Assembly: GCA_017935065.1 (NCBI GenBank)
Contig: JAGBIF010000010.1
Span: 8,082 to 72,081, forward strand
DNA length: 64,000 nt
Source of the DNA: Clostridia bacterium
GTDB taxonomy: Bacteria > Bacillota > Clostridia > Oscillospirales > CAG-272
Direction of reading: 5' to 3'
The position numbers were made by a program, and so were the translations under genes. Under the pieces are notes generated by a model, which did not search any database, was not told the DNA's origin, and was given only the letters and a program-made list of their open reading frames with translations. Below are positions 26,169 through 35,735 of this stretch, in pieces. Every line of letters starts with the position of its first letter. Position 1 is the stretch's first letter.

Positions 26169-29100
26169 TTACATTATCCTTGCGAAGAGGTTATCGCTAT
26201 TGCTCCTGTAGCTCTCGCAAAGCTTTCTGTCTGCCTCGGCATCGTTGCCGAGATAACGGTCAATAAGACCGCCAAGATAGAGTGCCTTTGCGTGCCGAAG
26301 CCTTTCAGGCTCTTCGATAAAGGGCATAAAGAAGGGTGTCGTCGCAAAGAAGCCGTTGTCCTTTACATTCTCTATACCGCCCCATATGCGGATATACCTT
26401 GTCATAAGCGCTTGGCTCTTGAAGCTCTCGCCGAGCTTGTCATAGGAGAGCGCCTGATAGTAGGGAAGCTCGGGCAGATGCATATTAGAGAAGTATTCGA
26501 TCTCGGTAGAGGAAATGTATCTGTAGATCCCGTTTGCCTCATCCACTCTGCCGAGCGCCTCAAGACAGAGCGCCTCGCGGTAGCGCAGAGGTATGAGCTT
26601 GCAGTGGTTCCATATTCCCGCGCCAAGGCTCTGAGGAAGCACCTGACCGCGCTTGCAAAGCTCAAGTGCCTCGGCATAGCGTCCAAGCTTCATCTGTGCT
26701 ATGGCTTTGCAAAGATATGCGTACATATACTGGTCGGCAACTGCATGCTCACCGCCCTCACAGGGAACGAAATCGCGCGAAAGAAGGGTAGAGAGCGCCT
26801 CGTCATACTCACCGTTCTGGTTGTACGCCTTTGCAAGCTCAACGAGAATATCCTCTCGCGTGCCGTTATGCTTTTTGATAAGAGCGATCCTTTCCGCAGG
26901 GGCTATGCCCATCTTGCTCATAAGCACTACGGTCTCGTAAAGCAGCTCGCCGTCATCGGGGCGCTCGTTCATAAGCGCCTTCATAATCTCAAGCGCCTCC
27001 GCCTTGCGGTTCAGATGGCTGAAGTAGGCTACGGCAAGATTGCGCCTTGCGATATAGCAGGAGCCAGAGCTCTCAAAGAGCCTCGCCGCGCGCTCGTATT
27101 GGCGCTTGTGGTAGAGGATACAGCCAAGAAGCATTCTCGCTTCCTCGGTGTCCTGCAGCTTTAGCATTTTTATCTCAAGCAGGCGGGACGGATACGCCGC
27201 GCCGAGGGGCGTCTTAAGAGCGTTCTCTACATCGGCGGTGCCGTCAAGCGAGAGCTTATTTTTAAAGTAGGCGAGCGCATAGTGTACCATCTTGTCTGCA
27301 CTCTCGGGTCGCTCTGCCTTCAATCCCTCAAGAAGTCTTACGGCATCCCCGTATCTGCCCATAGCGTCAAGGTCGGCAGCAAGGTCGAGACAGGTCTGTG
27401 TCGGATTGCTCATAAGAAGCGAGTAGAAGTCCTCACACCCCGAGATAAATCTCGTAAGGTGGTCAAGCGGGTCGGTGGCAAGAGTAGCGTCGGCAACCAC
27501 CTTCGCCTCGGCGATGCGTCCATCCTCCTTAAGCGCAAGCGAAAGCACCGCATTTGCAAGCGAATTGCGTCTTCCGTAATCAAGCGCCCAGGTTGCGTGC
27601 CTTATTGCCTCGGGGTAGTCCTTTTTTCTTATATCAAGCAGGGCAATTCTCGTCATTGCCTTGCCGACGGAGTCGGCGCAATATGCCGCCTTGTAGTAGT
27701 AATCGTAGGCTTCCTTGTAATTTTCGTCAGCCTCAAGTATCCTTGCGTATACGTAGTATGCCTCACCGCTTTGCGTGCGGGTGTTGTAGGCGGTAAGCTC
27801 GCGAATAGCGCGCTCGGCATAGGACCTTGCGCTGTCATTGCGCGCGTTGTCAAGCTCAAAGCCTGCCATTGCGATAAGAGAGGGAATATGAGCTCTGTCA
27901 CGCTCAAGAGCGCGAAGCCAGTATGCGTCGGGCTTGACCGCGGGATCACGGTACTGATCTACGTGCACACCCGCAAGGTAGAGGTCCTGCGCCGAGCTCA
28001 TCTCGTCTGCTATCGGCATATCGGTAATAGGCTCGGGCATCGTGTGAGTGTCGTATTTTCTTTCGGTATATTCAGCGACCGTTCTGCCGTCACAGGCGGT
28101 AACCGATACGCTTACAAATTCAGGCAGGCTGTCAAGCTCAAAGCGTGCGCATTTGTCGGGGGTGAGAGTAAGGGTAGTATCAAGATATACCTTCTCCCCG
28201 CAGTACACCTTAACGCTTGCGTTTTCATATACCTTGCAGGTCTGAAGAAGCAGAGAGGGCTTGCTTCCCTCACGGCTCACACGGAACGCGCAGTTAAGGT
28301 TTGCGAAGGTAGGCGCGCCTATCTCGGAGATGGGATACCAATACTGTGAGAATTCCTTCGTCTCGTAGGGCGCAAGCCAGGAAAAGTTAGGCTGGTTGTC
28401 GGAATACGAGCCTGCCATAAGCTCAGCGTACTGACCGTCGGTGTCTGTAAGGGCGTTTTCCCAGGATTTTGAAAGCTGACCGTATGCCCAGGTAAACATC
28501 TTCTTACCGGGTGATATGTGGTGATCGCCGATATGTACTACGCCGCACCCCTTGCCGTGATCGTAGCCGCCGAAGAAATCGTAATCCGAGGCACTTGCGA
28601 AGTAGGATGTTGCTTCCTTCGTATTCTTATGCCAGGAAATATCTCTCGGCTCATACATAGGAATACCGTTAAAGACACCGTTTGCCGCAACGGGAAAGGA
28701 AATTCTCGACTTGAGGTAGTGGAAGTTTACATAGGTAACATCCTCGGGGAAGAATATCTGATAGGTCTCGTCGACGGGCACCGCCGCATTTTCCCACCAG
28801 AGGAAGGAGCGAGCCGTATCGGTGCGGTTGTAAAGGCGCATTCTCGTCTCAAAATACTTTGCGTCGGGGGTAAGCACGATGCTTACCATACCCTTCATAC
28901 GGTCAATGGGATCATGCTCGGAAAGGTGGCAGGCAACGCTTCCGTCGGGATATTCCTCTACGGTATAGTCGCAGGGCATAAAGCCCGAGGCGCGGTGGTG
29001 GAAGGGCCAGTTGAACTCAACCCCGCCCGATATCCACGAGCCAAGCACACCGATAAGCGCGGGCTTGATTACGTGCTGCTTGTAAAAGAAGTCGTAGCCT

Positions 29101-29408
29101 GTGGTCTTATCGTAGGCGCTGTATATTCTGCCGCCTATTTCGGGAAGCACGACGACGCTTATATAATCATTCTCAAGTCTTACCGCGATATATTCTCTGT
29201 CGACGCGGTTTACTCTGTCGGTTGCGCTGACTATTTTGTTAGGATAGGGATCACCGCTTGATCTCTGATGCACGCGGTTTTCCGCGAACATAGGAAGCTC
29301 TTCTGCTGCAGGCTCAAGGTAGGTGGGAAGCACGAGGGTTTCAACTGTGATAGTCGACCTGTTCATTTTCATTTTTTTCTTATCCTTTTCTTCTTGCTTT
29401 GTTGACAT
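26169..29408 (-). CDS. DUF5107-like N-terminal domain protein with a long C-terminal TPR region
   Basis: 1079 aa. The N-terminal ~450 aa (LPEIGGRIYSAYDKTTGYDFFYKQHVIKPALIGVLGSWISGGVEFNWPFHHR) matches my memory of DUF5107. The C-terminal ~600 aa consists of TPR-like A/Y/L repeats. The true start may be an internal Met (MKMNRST). Confidence 0.65.
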   Translation of the reverse strand: MSTKQEEKDKKKMKMNRSTITVETLVLPTYLEPAAEELPMFAENRVHQRSSGDPYPNKIVSATDRVNRVDREYIAVRLENDYISVVVLPEIGGRIYSAYDKTTGYDFFYKQHVIKPALIGVLGSWISGGVEFNWPFHHRASGFMPCDYTVEEYPDGSVACHLSEHDPIDRMKGMVSIVLTPDAKYFETRMRLYNRTDTARSFLWWENAAVPVDETYQIFFPEDVTYVNFHYLKSRISFPVAANGVFNGIPMYEPRDISWHKNTKEATSYFASASDYDFFGGYDHGKGCGVVHIGDHHISPGKKMFTWAYGQLSKSWENALTDTDGQYAELMAGSYSDNQPNFSWLAPYETKEFSQYWYPISEIGAPTFANLNCAFRVSREGSKPSLLLQTCKVYENASVKVYCGEKVYLDTTLTLTPDKCARFELDSLPEFVSVSVTACDGRTVAEYTERKYDTHTMPEPITDMPIADEMSSAQDLYLAGVHVDQYRDPAVKPDAYWLRALERDRAHIPSLIAMAGFELDNARNDSARSYAERAIRELTAYNTRTQSGEAYYVYARILEADENYKEAYDYYYKAAYCADSVGKAMTRIALLDIRKKDYPEAIRHATWALDYGRRNSLANAVLSLALKEDGRIAEAKVVADATLATDPLDHLTRFISGCEDFYSLLMSNPTQTCLDLAADLDAMGRYGDAVRLLEGLKAERPESADKMVHYALAYFKNKLSLDGTADVENALKTPLGAAYPSRLLEIKMLKLQDTEEARMLLGCILYHKRQYERAARLFESSGSCYIARRNLAVAYFSHLNRKAEALEIMKALMNERPDDGELLYETVVLMSKMGIAPAERIALIKKHNGTREDILVELAKAYNQNGEYDEALSTLLSRDFVPCEGGEHAVADQYMYAYLCKAIAQMKLGRYAEALELCKRGQVLPQSLGAGIWNHCKLIPLRYREALCLEALGRVDEANGIYRYISSTEIEYFSNMHLPELPYYQALSYDKLGESFKSQALMTRYIRIWGGIENVKDNGFFATTPFFMPFIEEPERLRHAKALYLGGLIDRYLGNDAEADRKLCESYRSNSDNLFARIM

Positions 29409-29514
29409 GCGTCACAAGTTATGCTATACTTCAATTATAATGATTTTTTTATTGCCTGCAATATAATAACCTACGGTGTTTTTATAAAATCTTACTGTCC
29501 TGAAAGGAAAAACG

Positions 29515-30309
29515 ATGAAAAGCGAGCTTACCGTGCCCTATAACATTACCTGCGGCTACTTTGACTGCAGCAGCTTCCGCCAGCTCAAGGTCTCACCCCA
29601 GCGCAGATGCGAGACCTTTGAGGTCGAATATTTTTTAGAGGACGGAAAAAATACCTTTTCCGACGGTGTCGCCTACCCCATACGCAAGAACTTCGTGCTT
29701 ATCTGCACCCCTGGCGAGGAAAGATACAGCGAGCTGCCCTTCAAAACCAAGTATTTGAAATTTTCCTGCGAGGGAAAGCTTGCTGAGGTGCTTCGCCACG
29801 CGCCGAAATACTTCCACGTATCAAACAGCATCGAGGCAAACGAGCTTCTTGACAGTATAGCCTCTCTGTGCACACTTAACAGATGGGACTCAATACTTCT
29901 TCACGGTAGGCTTCTTACCTATGTATCCCTGCTTCTTTCCGAGGCAAACCGCCAGAGGCACCCCGATGCCTATAAGAGCAGGACGGTGAGGGATGCCGAG
30001 GAATATATAAAGGAGCATTTTGCCGAGGATATCAAGCTCTCGGATATCGCGTCGGCGGTGAATTTAAGCCCTAACTATTTCCATACCCTCTTTTCAGAGG
30101 TACGCGAAATATCCCCGCGCGAGTATCTTGAGAATTACAGAATAAAGGTAGCTCAGGAGCTTCTTCTCACAACCGAGCTTCCCCTCTCGGAAATATCAGC
30201 AAGATGCGGCTTCAGCACCCAGCAGTATCTGACGAGCGTGTTTAAGTCGCGCACGGGAATGACACCGACCGCCTTCCGCCATCAGCAACAGAGTAAGTAT
30301 ATAATATAG
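29515..30309 (+). CDS. AraC-family transcriptional regulator
   Basis: The C-terminal dual HTH reads LSDIASAVNLSPNYFHTLF...ISARCGFSTQQYLTSVFKSRTGMTPTAFR. The gene is divergent from the DUF5107 gene. Confidence 0.85.
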   Translation: MKSELTVPYNITCGYFDCSSFRQLKVSPQRRCETFEVEYFLEDGKNTFSDGVAYPIRKNFVLICTPGEERYSELPFKTKYLKFSCEGKLAEVLRHAPKYFHVSNSIEANELLDSIASLCTLNRWDSILLHGRLLTYVSLLLSEANRQRHPDAYKSRTVRDAEEYIKEHFAEDIKLSDIASAVNLSPNYFHTLFSEVREISPREYLENYRIKVAQELLLTTELPLSEISARCGFSTQQYLTSVFKSRTGMTPTAFRHQQQSKYII

Positions 30310-30337
30310 TAAATTTATTTATAAAGAGTGATAGAAT

Positions 30338-31165
30338 ATGCCGAATATAATCAGAATAGATGCCCTGGGCGCGCCCGAGCTTGACATCTATATAAGACTT
30401 ACGGGCGGTGAGCTGCGCCATAGCGTGGAGTGCGAGAGAGGAGTGCTTATCGCGGAAAGCCCCACCGTAATTGAGGTGGCGCTCGAGTCTGGACTTACCC
30501 CGCTTTCCCTGCTTACCGACGAGAGACTTCTTTCGGGGGATGTCGCGCGGATAACCGAGCTTCTTCCCGAGGGCACGCCAATATACGTAGCGGACGGTGA
30601 GCTGCTTCGGAGCATAACGGGCTTTCCGCTTACACGCGGTGCGCTTTGCGCTATGCAGCGCCCGCCCGAGGCAGACCTTACAGAGATACTTGCCTCGTCA
30701 AAAAGAATTGCGATTTTAGAGGAAATTGCCGACTCAACCAACGTCGGTGCGATAATCCGCTCGGCTGCCGCGCTCGGTATTGATGCGGTGCTGATGACCC
30801 CCACCTGCTGCGATGCCTATTGCCGCCGCGCGGTAAGAGTGAGTATGGGTACGGTCTTTAAGCTTCCCGTGGCAAAAATAGGAAAAAGCCACACCGACTG
30901 GAAGACCGAGGGAATTGACCTTCTTCACAGGATGGGCTTCAAGCTTGTCGCGATGGCGCTTACCGACAGGTCGGTAGGTCTTGACGATAAGAGGCTTAGG
31001 GCAGAGGAAAAGCTCGCCGTCGTGCTTGGCACCGAGGGCACGGGGCTTGATAAGGAAACGATTTCGCTTTGCGACTACACCGTAAAAATACCGATGGAAA
31101 GGGGCGTCGATTCGCTGAACGTCGGTGCCGCCGCCGCAATAGCCTTCTACGCCCTGACAAGATAA
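30338..31165 (+). CDS. TrmH/SpoU-family RNA 2'-O-methyltransferase
   Basis: SpoU motifs NVGAIIRSAAALG, LGTEGTGL and IPMERGVDSLNVGAAAAI. Confidence 0.85.
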   Translation: MPNIIRIDALGAPELDIYIRLTGGELRHSVECERGVLIAESPTVIEVALESGLTPLSLLTDERLLSGDVARITELLPEGTPIYVADGELLRSITGFPLTRGALCAMQRPPEADLTEILASSKRIAILEEIADSTNVGAIIRSAAALGIDAVLMTPTCCDAYCRRAVRVSMGTVFKLPVAKIGKSHTDWKTEGIDLLHRMGFKLVAMALTDRSVGLDDKRLRAEEKLAVVLGTEGTGLDKETISLCDYTVKIPMERGVDSLNVGAAAAIAFYALTR

Positions 31166-31221
31166 GACGAGACTGTTATAAGTTCAAAATCCAAAATAAT
31201 ATAAATATTTAAGACAAGCAT

Positions 31222-31268
31222 AAAACGGGCGGTTTTTGGTCTATAATTGATTAAAAACCGCCCGTTTT
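31222..31268 (+). terminator. terminator hairpin after the methyltransferase gene
   Basis: A perfect 16-bp stem pairs aaaacgggcggttttt with aaaaaccgcccgtttt, with a 15-nt loop. Confidence 0.6.
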
Positions 31269-31298
31269 GCGCCGTCTTGCGGGAAAAGCAAGAAATGG

Positions 31299-31327
31299 TT
31301 GACAAAATTGCAAAAATGTATTATAAT
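31299..31327 (+). promoter_or_regulatory. sigma-70-type promoter TTGACA-17-TATAAT for degV
   Basis: ttgacaaaattgcaaaaatgtattataat. It occupies the 5' end of track ORF 31299..32246, which argues for the downstream start. Confidence 0.7.
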
Positions 31328-31385
31328 CATTGTATCTGCGCAATTTTGTACCGCAGGTAAAATTTTGAAAAGAGACAGCATATTT

Positions 31386-32246
31386 ATGGATAATTATGTA
31401 ATATATACCGATTCCGCGTGCGACGTTTCACCCGAGCTTCTTTCGGAGTGGGGAGTGTCCTGGTCGGAGCTTACCTTCAGGTTTAACGGTGAGGATAAAG
31501 AGTATTTGAATTATGCGCTTCCCGCGCGTGAGTTCTACGATAAAATGAGAGGGGGCGGTGTCGCAAAGACCTCTGCCGTAAATATAAGCAGCTTTGAGAG
31601 TGCCTTTGAGGAAATACTCAGAGACGGCAAGGACATCCTCTATATCGGATTTTCAACAGGCCTCAGCACGACCTGTAACTCTGCTGCGGCGGCAGCGAAA
31701 AATCTCGGTGAGAAATATCCCGAGCGCCGTATACTTACCCTTGATACAAGGTCGGCATCCCTCGGCTTCGGTATGCTCGTATGGTATGCAAAGGAGGCAA
31801 AGGCGGACGGCGCTGATATTGATGAGTGCTACGCTAAGGTAGAGGCTCTTGTCCCTGCACTCTGCCATTGGTTTACGGTCGAGGACCTCGTCTATCTCAA
31901 GCGCGGCGGCAGAATAAGTGCCGTAACTCAGATCGTCGGAAATATGCTGGGCATAAAGCCCGTGCTTCATATGGATGATCTGGGACACCTCGTCAGCGTA
32001 TCAAAGGCAAGAGGCAGACGCGGCTCTATCGCGGCGCTTTGCGACAGATATAAGGCACTTGTAAGGGATACCGACGCGCCCGTATTTATTTCACACGGCG
32101 ACTGTGAGGCGGATGCGTTTGTACTTCGTGATATGATAGAGAAGGCGGGCGGAAGGGTAACGCTTATTCAGAACGTTGGCCCCGTAATAGGCGCTCACGC
32201 AGGCCCAGGTGTGCTTGCGCTCTTCTTTGTCGGCAAAGAAAGATAA
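31386..32246 (+). CDS. DegV-family fatty-acid-binding protein
   Basis: MDNYVIYTDSACDVSPELL... is a typical DegV N-terminus, and the length fits (286 aa). Confidence 0.85.
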   Translation: MDNYVIYTDSACDVSPELLSEWGVSWSELTFRFNGEDKEYLNYALPAREFYDKMRGGGVAKTSAVNISSFESAFEEILRDGKDILYIGFSTGLSTTCNSAAAAAKNLGEKYPERRILTLDTRSASLGFGMLVWYAKEAKADGADIDECYAKVEALVPALCHWFTVEDLVYLKRGGRISAVTQIVGNMLGIKPVLHMDDLGHLVSVSKARGRRGSIAALCDRYKALVRDTDAPVFISHGDCEADAFVLRDMIEKAGGRVTLIQNVGPVIGAHAGPGVLALFFVGKER

Positions 32247-32260
32247 CTAGGAAGATAGCT

Positions 32261-34129
32261 ATGATTGATAATAAGATTAATAACGAGGTTTCCGCACAGA
32301 CGGAGACTGCTACAGGAAAGCCCGCATCTTCCACGAAGCGGACACCCGCGGCAAAAAAGCCCCCACGCAAAAAGGCGGCTAAAGGGACTGTAAAGGCGGC
32401 AGAGAAAAAGCCCGAGAAAAAGACCGAGAAAAAGCGTAGCGCCCTTGACGGTCTGCGCGCCCTCGGCGGAAGGCTTCTTGCGAAGATGGCAAGAGGCGGC
32501 GCGGCAGAGCTTCGTTCAAATGCCGAGGAGGTAAACCGCCTCAACGTATTCCCCGTTCCCGACGGTGATACGGGCGACAATATGAGTATGACTATCGACA
32601 GCGGTGTATCGGCTCTGACCGAAAACGAGAGTGACGATATATCCAGCGTAATGAATACGCTCTCGCAGGGAATGCTTATAGGCGCCAGAGGCAACTCGGG
32701 CGTTATCCTCTCTCAGTTTTTTGCGGGAATGGCAAAGGGACTTAAAAACGCAAAAAACGCAAACCCCAGAATTTTAGGCAAGGCGCTTGCTGAGGGCGTT
32801 GAGCAGGCGTATTCAACGGTTATGTCACCCACCGAGGGTACGATACTCACGGTTGCCAGAGAGTCGGTCGCGTATGCAAATTCGAGGCTTGACGCGAACA
32901 GCACCGTCGGCACGCTTTTCCACGACCTCGTAGGTGAGATGCACCGCTCGCTTGACCATACCCCCGAGCTTCTTCCTCAGCTTAAGGAGGCAGGAGTGGT
33001 AGACTCGGGCGGCGCGGGACTGCTTTATATAATGGACGGCTTCAACCGCGTGCTTAACGGCGAGGAGGTTGAGGAAATAGATGCATCCCCCGAGAGGGCA
33101 GGGAAGCCCGCCGTACCCGCGACAGGTCGCTTTGATGCCGACAGCGTTATGGAATACGGCTATTGCACCGAGGCTCTCGTTCAGCTTATGAACGCGAAGT
33201 GCAAGCCCGACGAGTTCGATATAGAGGCGCTTCGTGCCTTCCTCGCCGCGCTCGGTGACTCTGTGGTTTGCTTCAAGACTGATACTATCGTAAAGCTTCA
33301 CGTTCATACGATGACGCCCGAGCGCGTGCTTGAGTATGTAAGGCGCTTCGGTGAGCTTATTACGGTAAAGATTGAAAATATGTCGCTTCAGCATTCGGAC
33401 ACCCTTAAGGATAAGCCCGAGGATGAGCAAGAGAAGCCTTCAGGCGAGGCACCGATAAGCACCGATAAGAAGCGCTACGGCGTAGTCGCGGTATCAAGCG
33501 GTGAGGGCTTTGACAGTCTCTTTACCGAGCTTGGCTGTGATGCGATAGTCAGAGGCGGGCAGACGAACAACCCCTCTGCAGGCGACTTTATCGAGGCGTA
33601 CGGAAAAATATGCGCCGAGGTTATCTTCGTTCTTCCCAATAACTCAAACATAATGCTTGCCGCGAATATGTCCTGCGAGCTTTATAGCGAGGCGAAAATA
33701 GTTGTAATTCCCACAAAGAGCATGGGGGCGGGCTACGCCGTGCTTTCCACGCTTGCGCTTGATGCGGAAAACCCCGACGAGGTGCTTGCGGGCGCTACCG
33801 AGGCTATCGAGGCAGTAACCACGGGCTACGTCTCACCCGCGATACGCGATGCGGATATGTCGGGAATTCATATTACACAGGGCGACTTTATCGGCATAGT
33901 CGATAAGGAAATAGTGGTAAGCGAGGCGAGCATGCTCTCGGCATCAGAGGCGCTTCTCGATAAGCTTCTTGACGGCAAATATATGCTCACCGCCTTCATA
34001 GGTAAGGATGCGACCGACACCGACAGACAGACGCTCGAGAGCTATCTTCAGGAAAAGCACCCCGAGGTAGAGTTCTACTTCACCGAGGGACTTCAGGACA
34101 TCTACCCCTTCATATTCGTTGCGGAATAA
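32261..34129 (+). CDS. DAK2-domain protein (YloV-like) with a ~59-aa lysine-rich N-terminal extension
   Basis: The DAK2 motif NVFPVPDGDTGDNM is followed by a YloV-type C-terminal half. The N-terminus reads KPASSTKRTPAAKKPPRKKAAKGTVKAAEKKPEKKTEKKR. Confidence 0.85.
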   Translation: MIDNKINNEVSAQTETATGKPASSTKRTPAAKKPPRKKAAKGTVKAAEKKPEKKTEKKRSALDGLRALGGRLLAKMARGGAAELRSNAEEVNRLNVFPVPDGDTGDNMSMTIDSGVSALTENESDDISSVMNTLSQGMLIGARGNSGVILSQFFAGMAKGLKNAKNANPRILGKALAEGVEQAYSTVMSPTEGTILTVARESVAYANSRLDANSTVGTLFHDLVGEMHRSLDHTPELLPQLKEAGVVDSGGAGLLYIMDGFNRVLNGEEVEEIDASPERAGKPAVPATGRFDADSVMEYGYCTEALVQLMNAKCKPDEFDIEALRAFLAALGDSVVCFKTDTIVKLHVHTMTPERVLEYVRRFGELITVKIENMSLQHSDTLKDKPEDEQEKPSGEAPISTDKKRYGVVAVSSGEGFDSLFTELGCDAIVRGGQTNNPSAGDFIEAYGKICAEVIFVLPNNSNIMLAANMSCELYSEAKIVVIPTKSMGAGYAVLSTLALDAENPDEVLAGATEAIEAVTTGYVSPAIRDADMSGIHITQGDFIGIVDKEIVVSEASMLSASEALLDKLLDGKYMLTAFIGKDATDTDRQTLESYLQEKHPEVEFYFTEGLQDIYPFIFVAE

Positions 34130-34370
34130 AGCAGAATTATTCCTTCATAGGGGACTTGTGGTGGTCTTATCAAAACTCTGCTTTGTATTAAAGCTCAACC
34201 GAATTTTCGGTATCGCCCTAGGCGACAAAACGCGTACTGAATTGCGTTTTGCGAAAATTCATAGCAAGGCAAACCGAAAGTCCGACTTTTGTTATAGCGA
34301 GAGCCTTGCATCTACTCATCCACCGCAAGCGGTCCCCCTTCCCTCACAAGGGAAGGCTGAAATAAATTAC

Positions 34371-34406
34371 GGGCTATCGCAAAACATATGCGATAGCCCG
34401 TTTCTT
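34371..34406 (+). terminator. orphan Rho-independent terminator about 240 nt downstream of the DAK2 gene
   Basis: gggctatcgc-aaaacatat-gcgatagccc is followed by GTTTCTT. Confidence 0.6.
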
Positions 34407-34469
34407 ATAAAGTCTCTTTGAAGGAAGCATTATAGACCATATCCATTTATATGCCTTTCGGGGGTTAAA

Positions 34470-34498
34470 GGGGGAGCTTTGGGCGCCAAAGCTTCCCC
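34470..34498. repeat. GC-rich hairpin at the aminotransferase 3' end; related copy at 57663-57693
   Basis: gggggagctttgggcgccaaagcttcccc compared with gcgggggtgcttgggcgccaagcatccccgc. Confidence 0.6.
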
Positions 34499-34511
34499 TT
34501 ACCAACCTCTC

Positions 34512-35705
34512 TTACCCCCTATATTCCTCACCCAGCGCCTTGAAGGCGGGGAGGGAATTAACCACTCTTTCCTTGTCGACACAGTAGGCAATTCTTACAT
34601 AGCCCGTGACACCGAAATCGTCGCAAGGGACTATGAGAAGCTCGTGGCGCTTTGCGCGCTCGTAAAGCTCGTACGCATCCCCGCTGGGCGACTTTACGAA
34701 AAGGTAGAACGCGCCGTCGGGCTTTACGCACTCGAAGCCGTATTCGGTGAGGGCGTTATAAAGAATATCCCTGTTCTCGCGGTATACGTTCACGTCAACC
34801 GAAAGCCCCTGGCATTTTGCTATAACCCTCTGGAAGAGCGAGGGCGCGCACACATATCCGAGCGAGCGTCCCGCACCGCATATAGCGAGGTAAAGCTCAC
34901 TCGCATCGGAAGCCCTCGGGCATACGGCTATGTAGCCTATTCTCTCACCTGGAAGCGAGAGCGACTTTGAGTAGGAATAGCACACCACGGTATCGTCGTA
35001 AAGGTTCATAAGATAGGGAACCTCAACGCCCGAATATACAAGCTCGCGGTAGGGCTCGTCAGCGATTAGGTAGATGGCTCTGCCGTATTCCTTTGACTTC
35101 TTGCGAAGAAGCTCGCAAAGCGCATCAAGCTTTTCCCGCGTGTAAACGACACCGCTGGGGTTGTTGGGCGAGTTTACGATAATTGCGACTGTGTTCTTGC
35201 CGATTTTCGCTTCAAGGTCGGCAATATCGGGCTGAAGCGTGCCCTCGCAGGGTGTGCTTATAACAAGCTTAGCACCCGCGTTCTCGACGAACACTCTGTA
35301 CTCGGTGAAGAAGGGCGCAAGCACCACTACCTCATCACTCCCGTCCTCAACTATTGCCGAAAGCGAGATTGAGAGCGACGCCGCCGCACCGCAGGTCATA
35401 TAGATAAGGTCCCTTGGCATATCGACACCGAAGCGAGCCTTGATGCTCTCGGCAATCACACCGCGCACACCCGCGTCACCCTGTGCCGAGGTGTAGCCGT
35501 GAAGCGCAACCGAGCTTTCGCTGTCAAGAAGCTCCCTTACGGTAGCGTTAAGCTCGGCGGGCGCGGGCACAGAGGGGTTGCCAAGGCTGAAATCAAATAC
35601 CCTCTCAGGCCCTATCTCGGCACCTCTTACCTTGCTGTATTCAAATATTTCACGAATGATAGATCTCTTGCTTCCAAGACCGAGCATTCTCTTGTTTATA
35701 CCCAT
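34512..35705 (-). CDS. class I/II PLP-dependent aminotransferase
   Basis: 397 aa. It has the PLP-lysine motif SYSKSLSLPGERIGY and NPSGVVYT. Confidence 0.9.
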   Translation of the reverse strand: MGINKRMLGLGSKRSIIREIFEYSKVRGAEIGPERVFDFSLGNPSVPAPAELNATVRELLDSESSVALHGYTSAQGDAGVRGVIAESIKARFGVDMPRDLIYMTCGAAASLSISLSAIVEDGSDEVVVLAPFFTEYRVFVENAGAKLVISTPCEGTLQPDIADLEAKIGKNTVAIIVNSPNNPSGVVYTREKLDALCELLRKKSKEYGRAIYLIADEPYRELVYSGVEVPYLMNLYDDTVVCYSYSKSLSLPGERIGYIAVCPRASDASELYLAICGAGRSLGYVCAPSLFQRVIAKCQGLSVDVNVYRENRDILYNALTEYGFECVKPDGAFYLFVKSPSGDAYELYERAKRHELLIVPCDDFGVTGYVRIAYCVDKERVVNSLPAFKALGEEYRG

Positions 35706-35735
35706 TTTATAGTCCTGCCTTTCGGTGAAAAAATG

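Noticed and set aside
31299-31385. N-terminal extension of the DegV ORF (start at TTG 31299)
   Set aside because: The first 29 nt of that ORF are a consensus TTGACA-17-TATAAT promoter. The canonical DegV N-terminus begins at ATG 31386.
34119-34421. 100-aa plus-strand ORF in the DAK2/aminotransferase spacer
   Set aside because: It starts inside the DAK2 stop region without an RBS, threads through a series of hairpins and a terminator, and has no motif. It is more likely non-coding.
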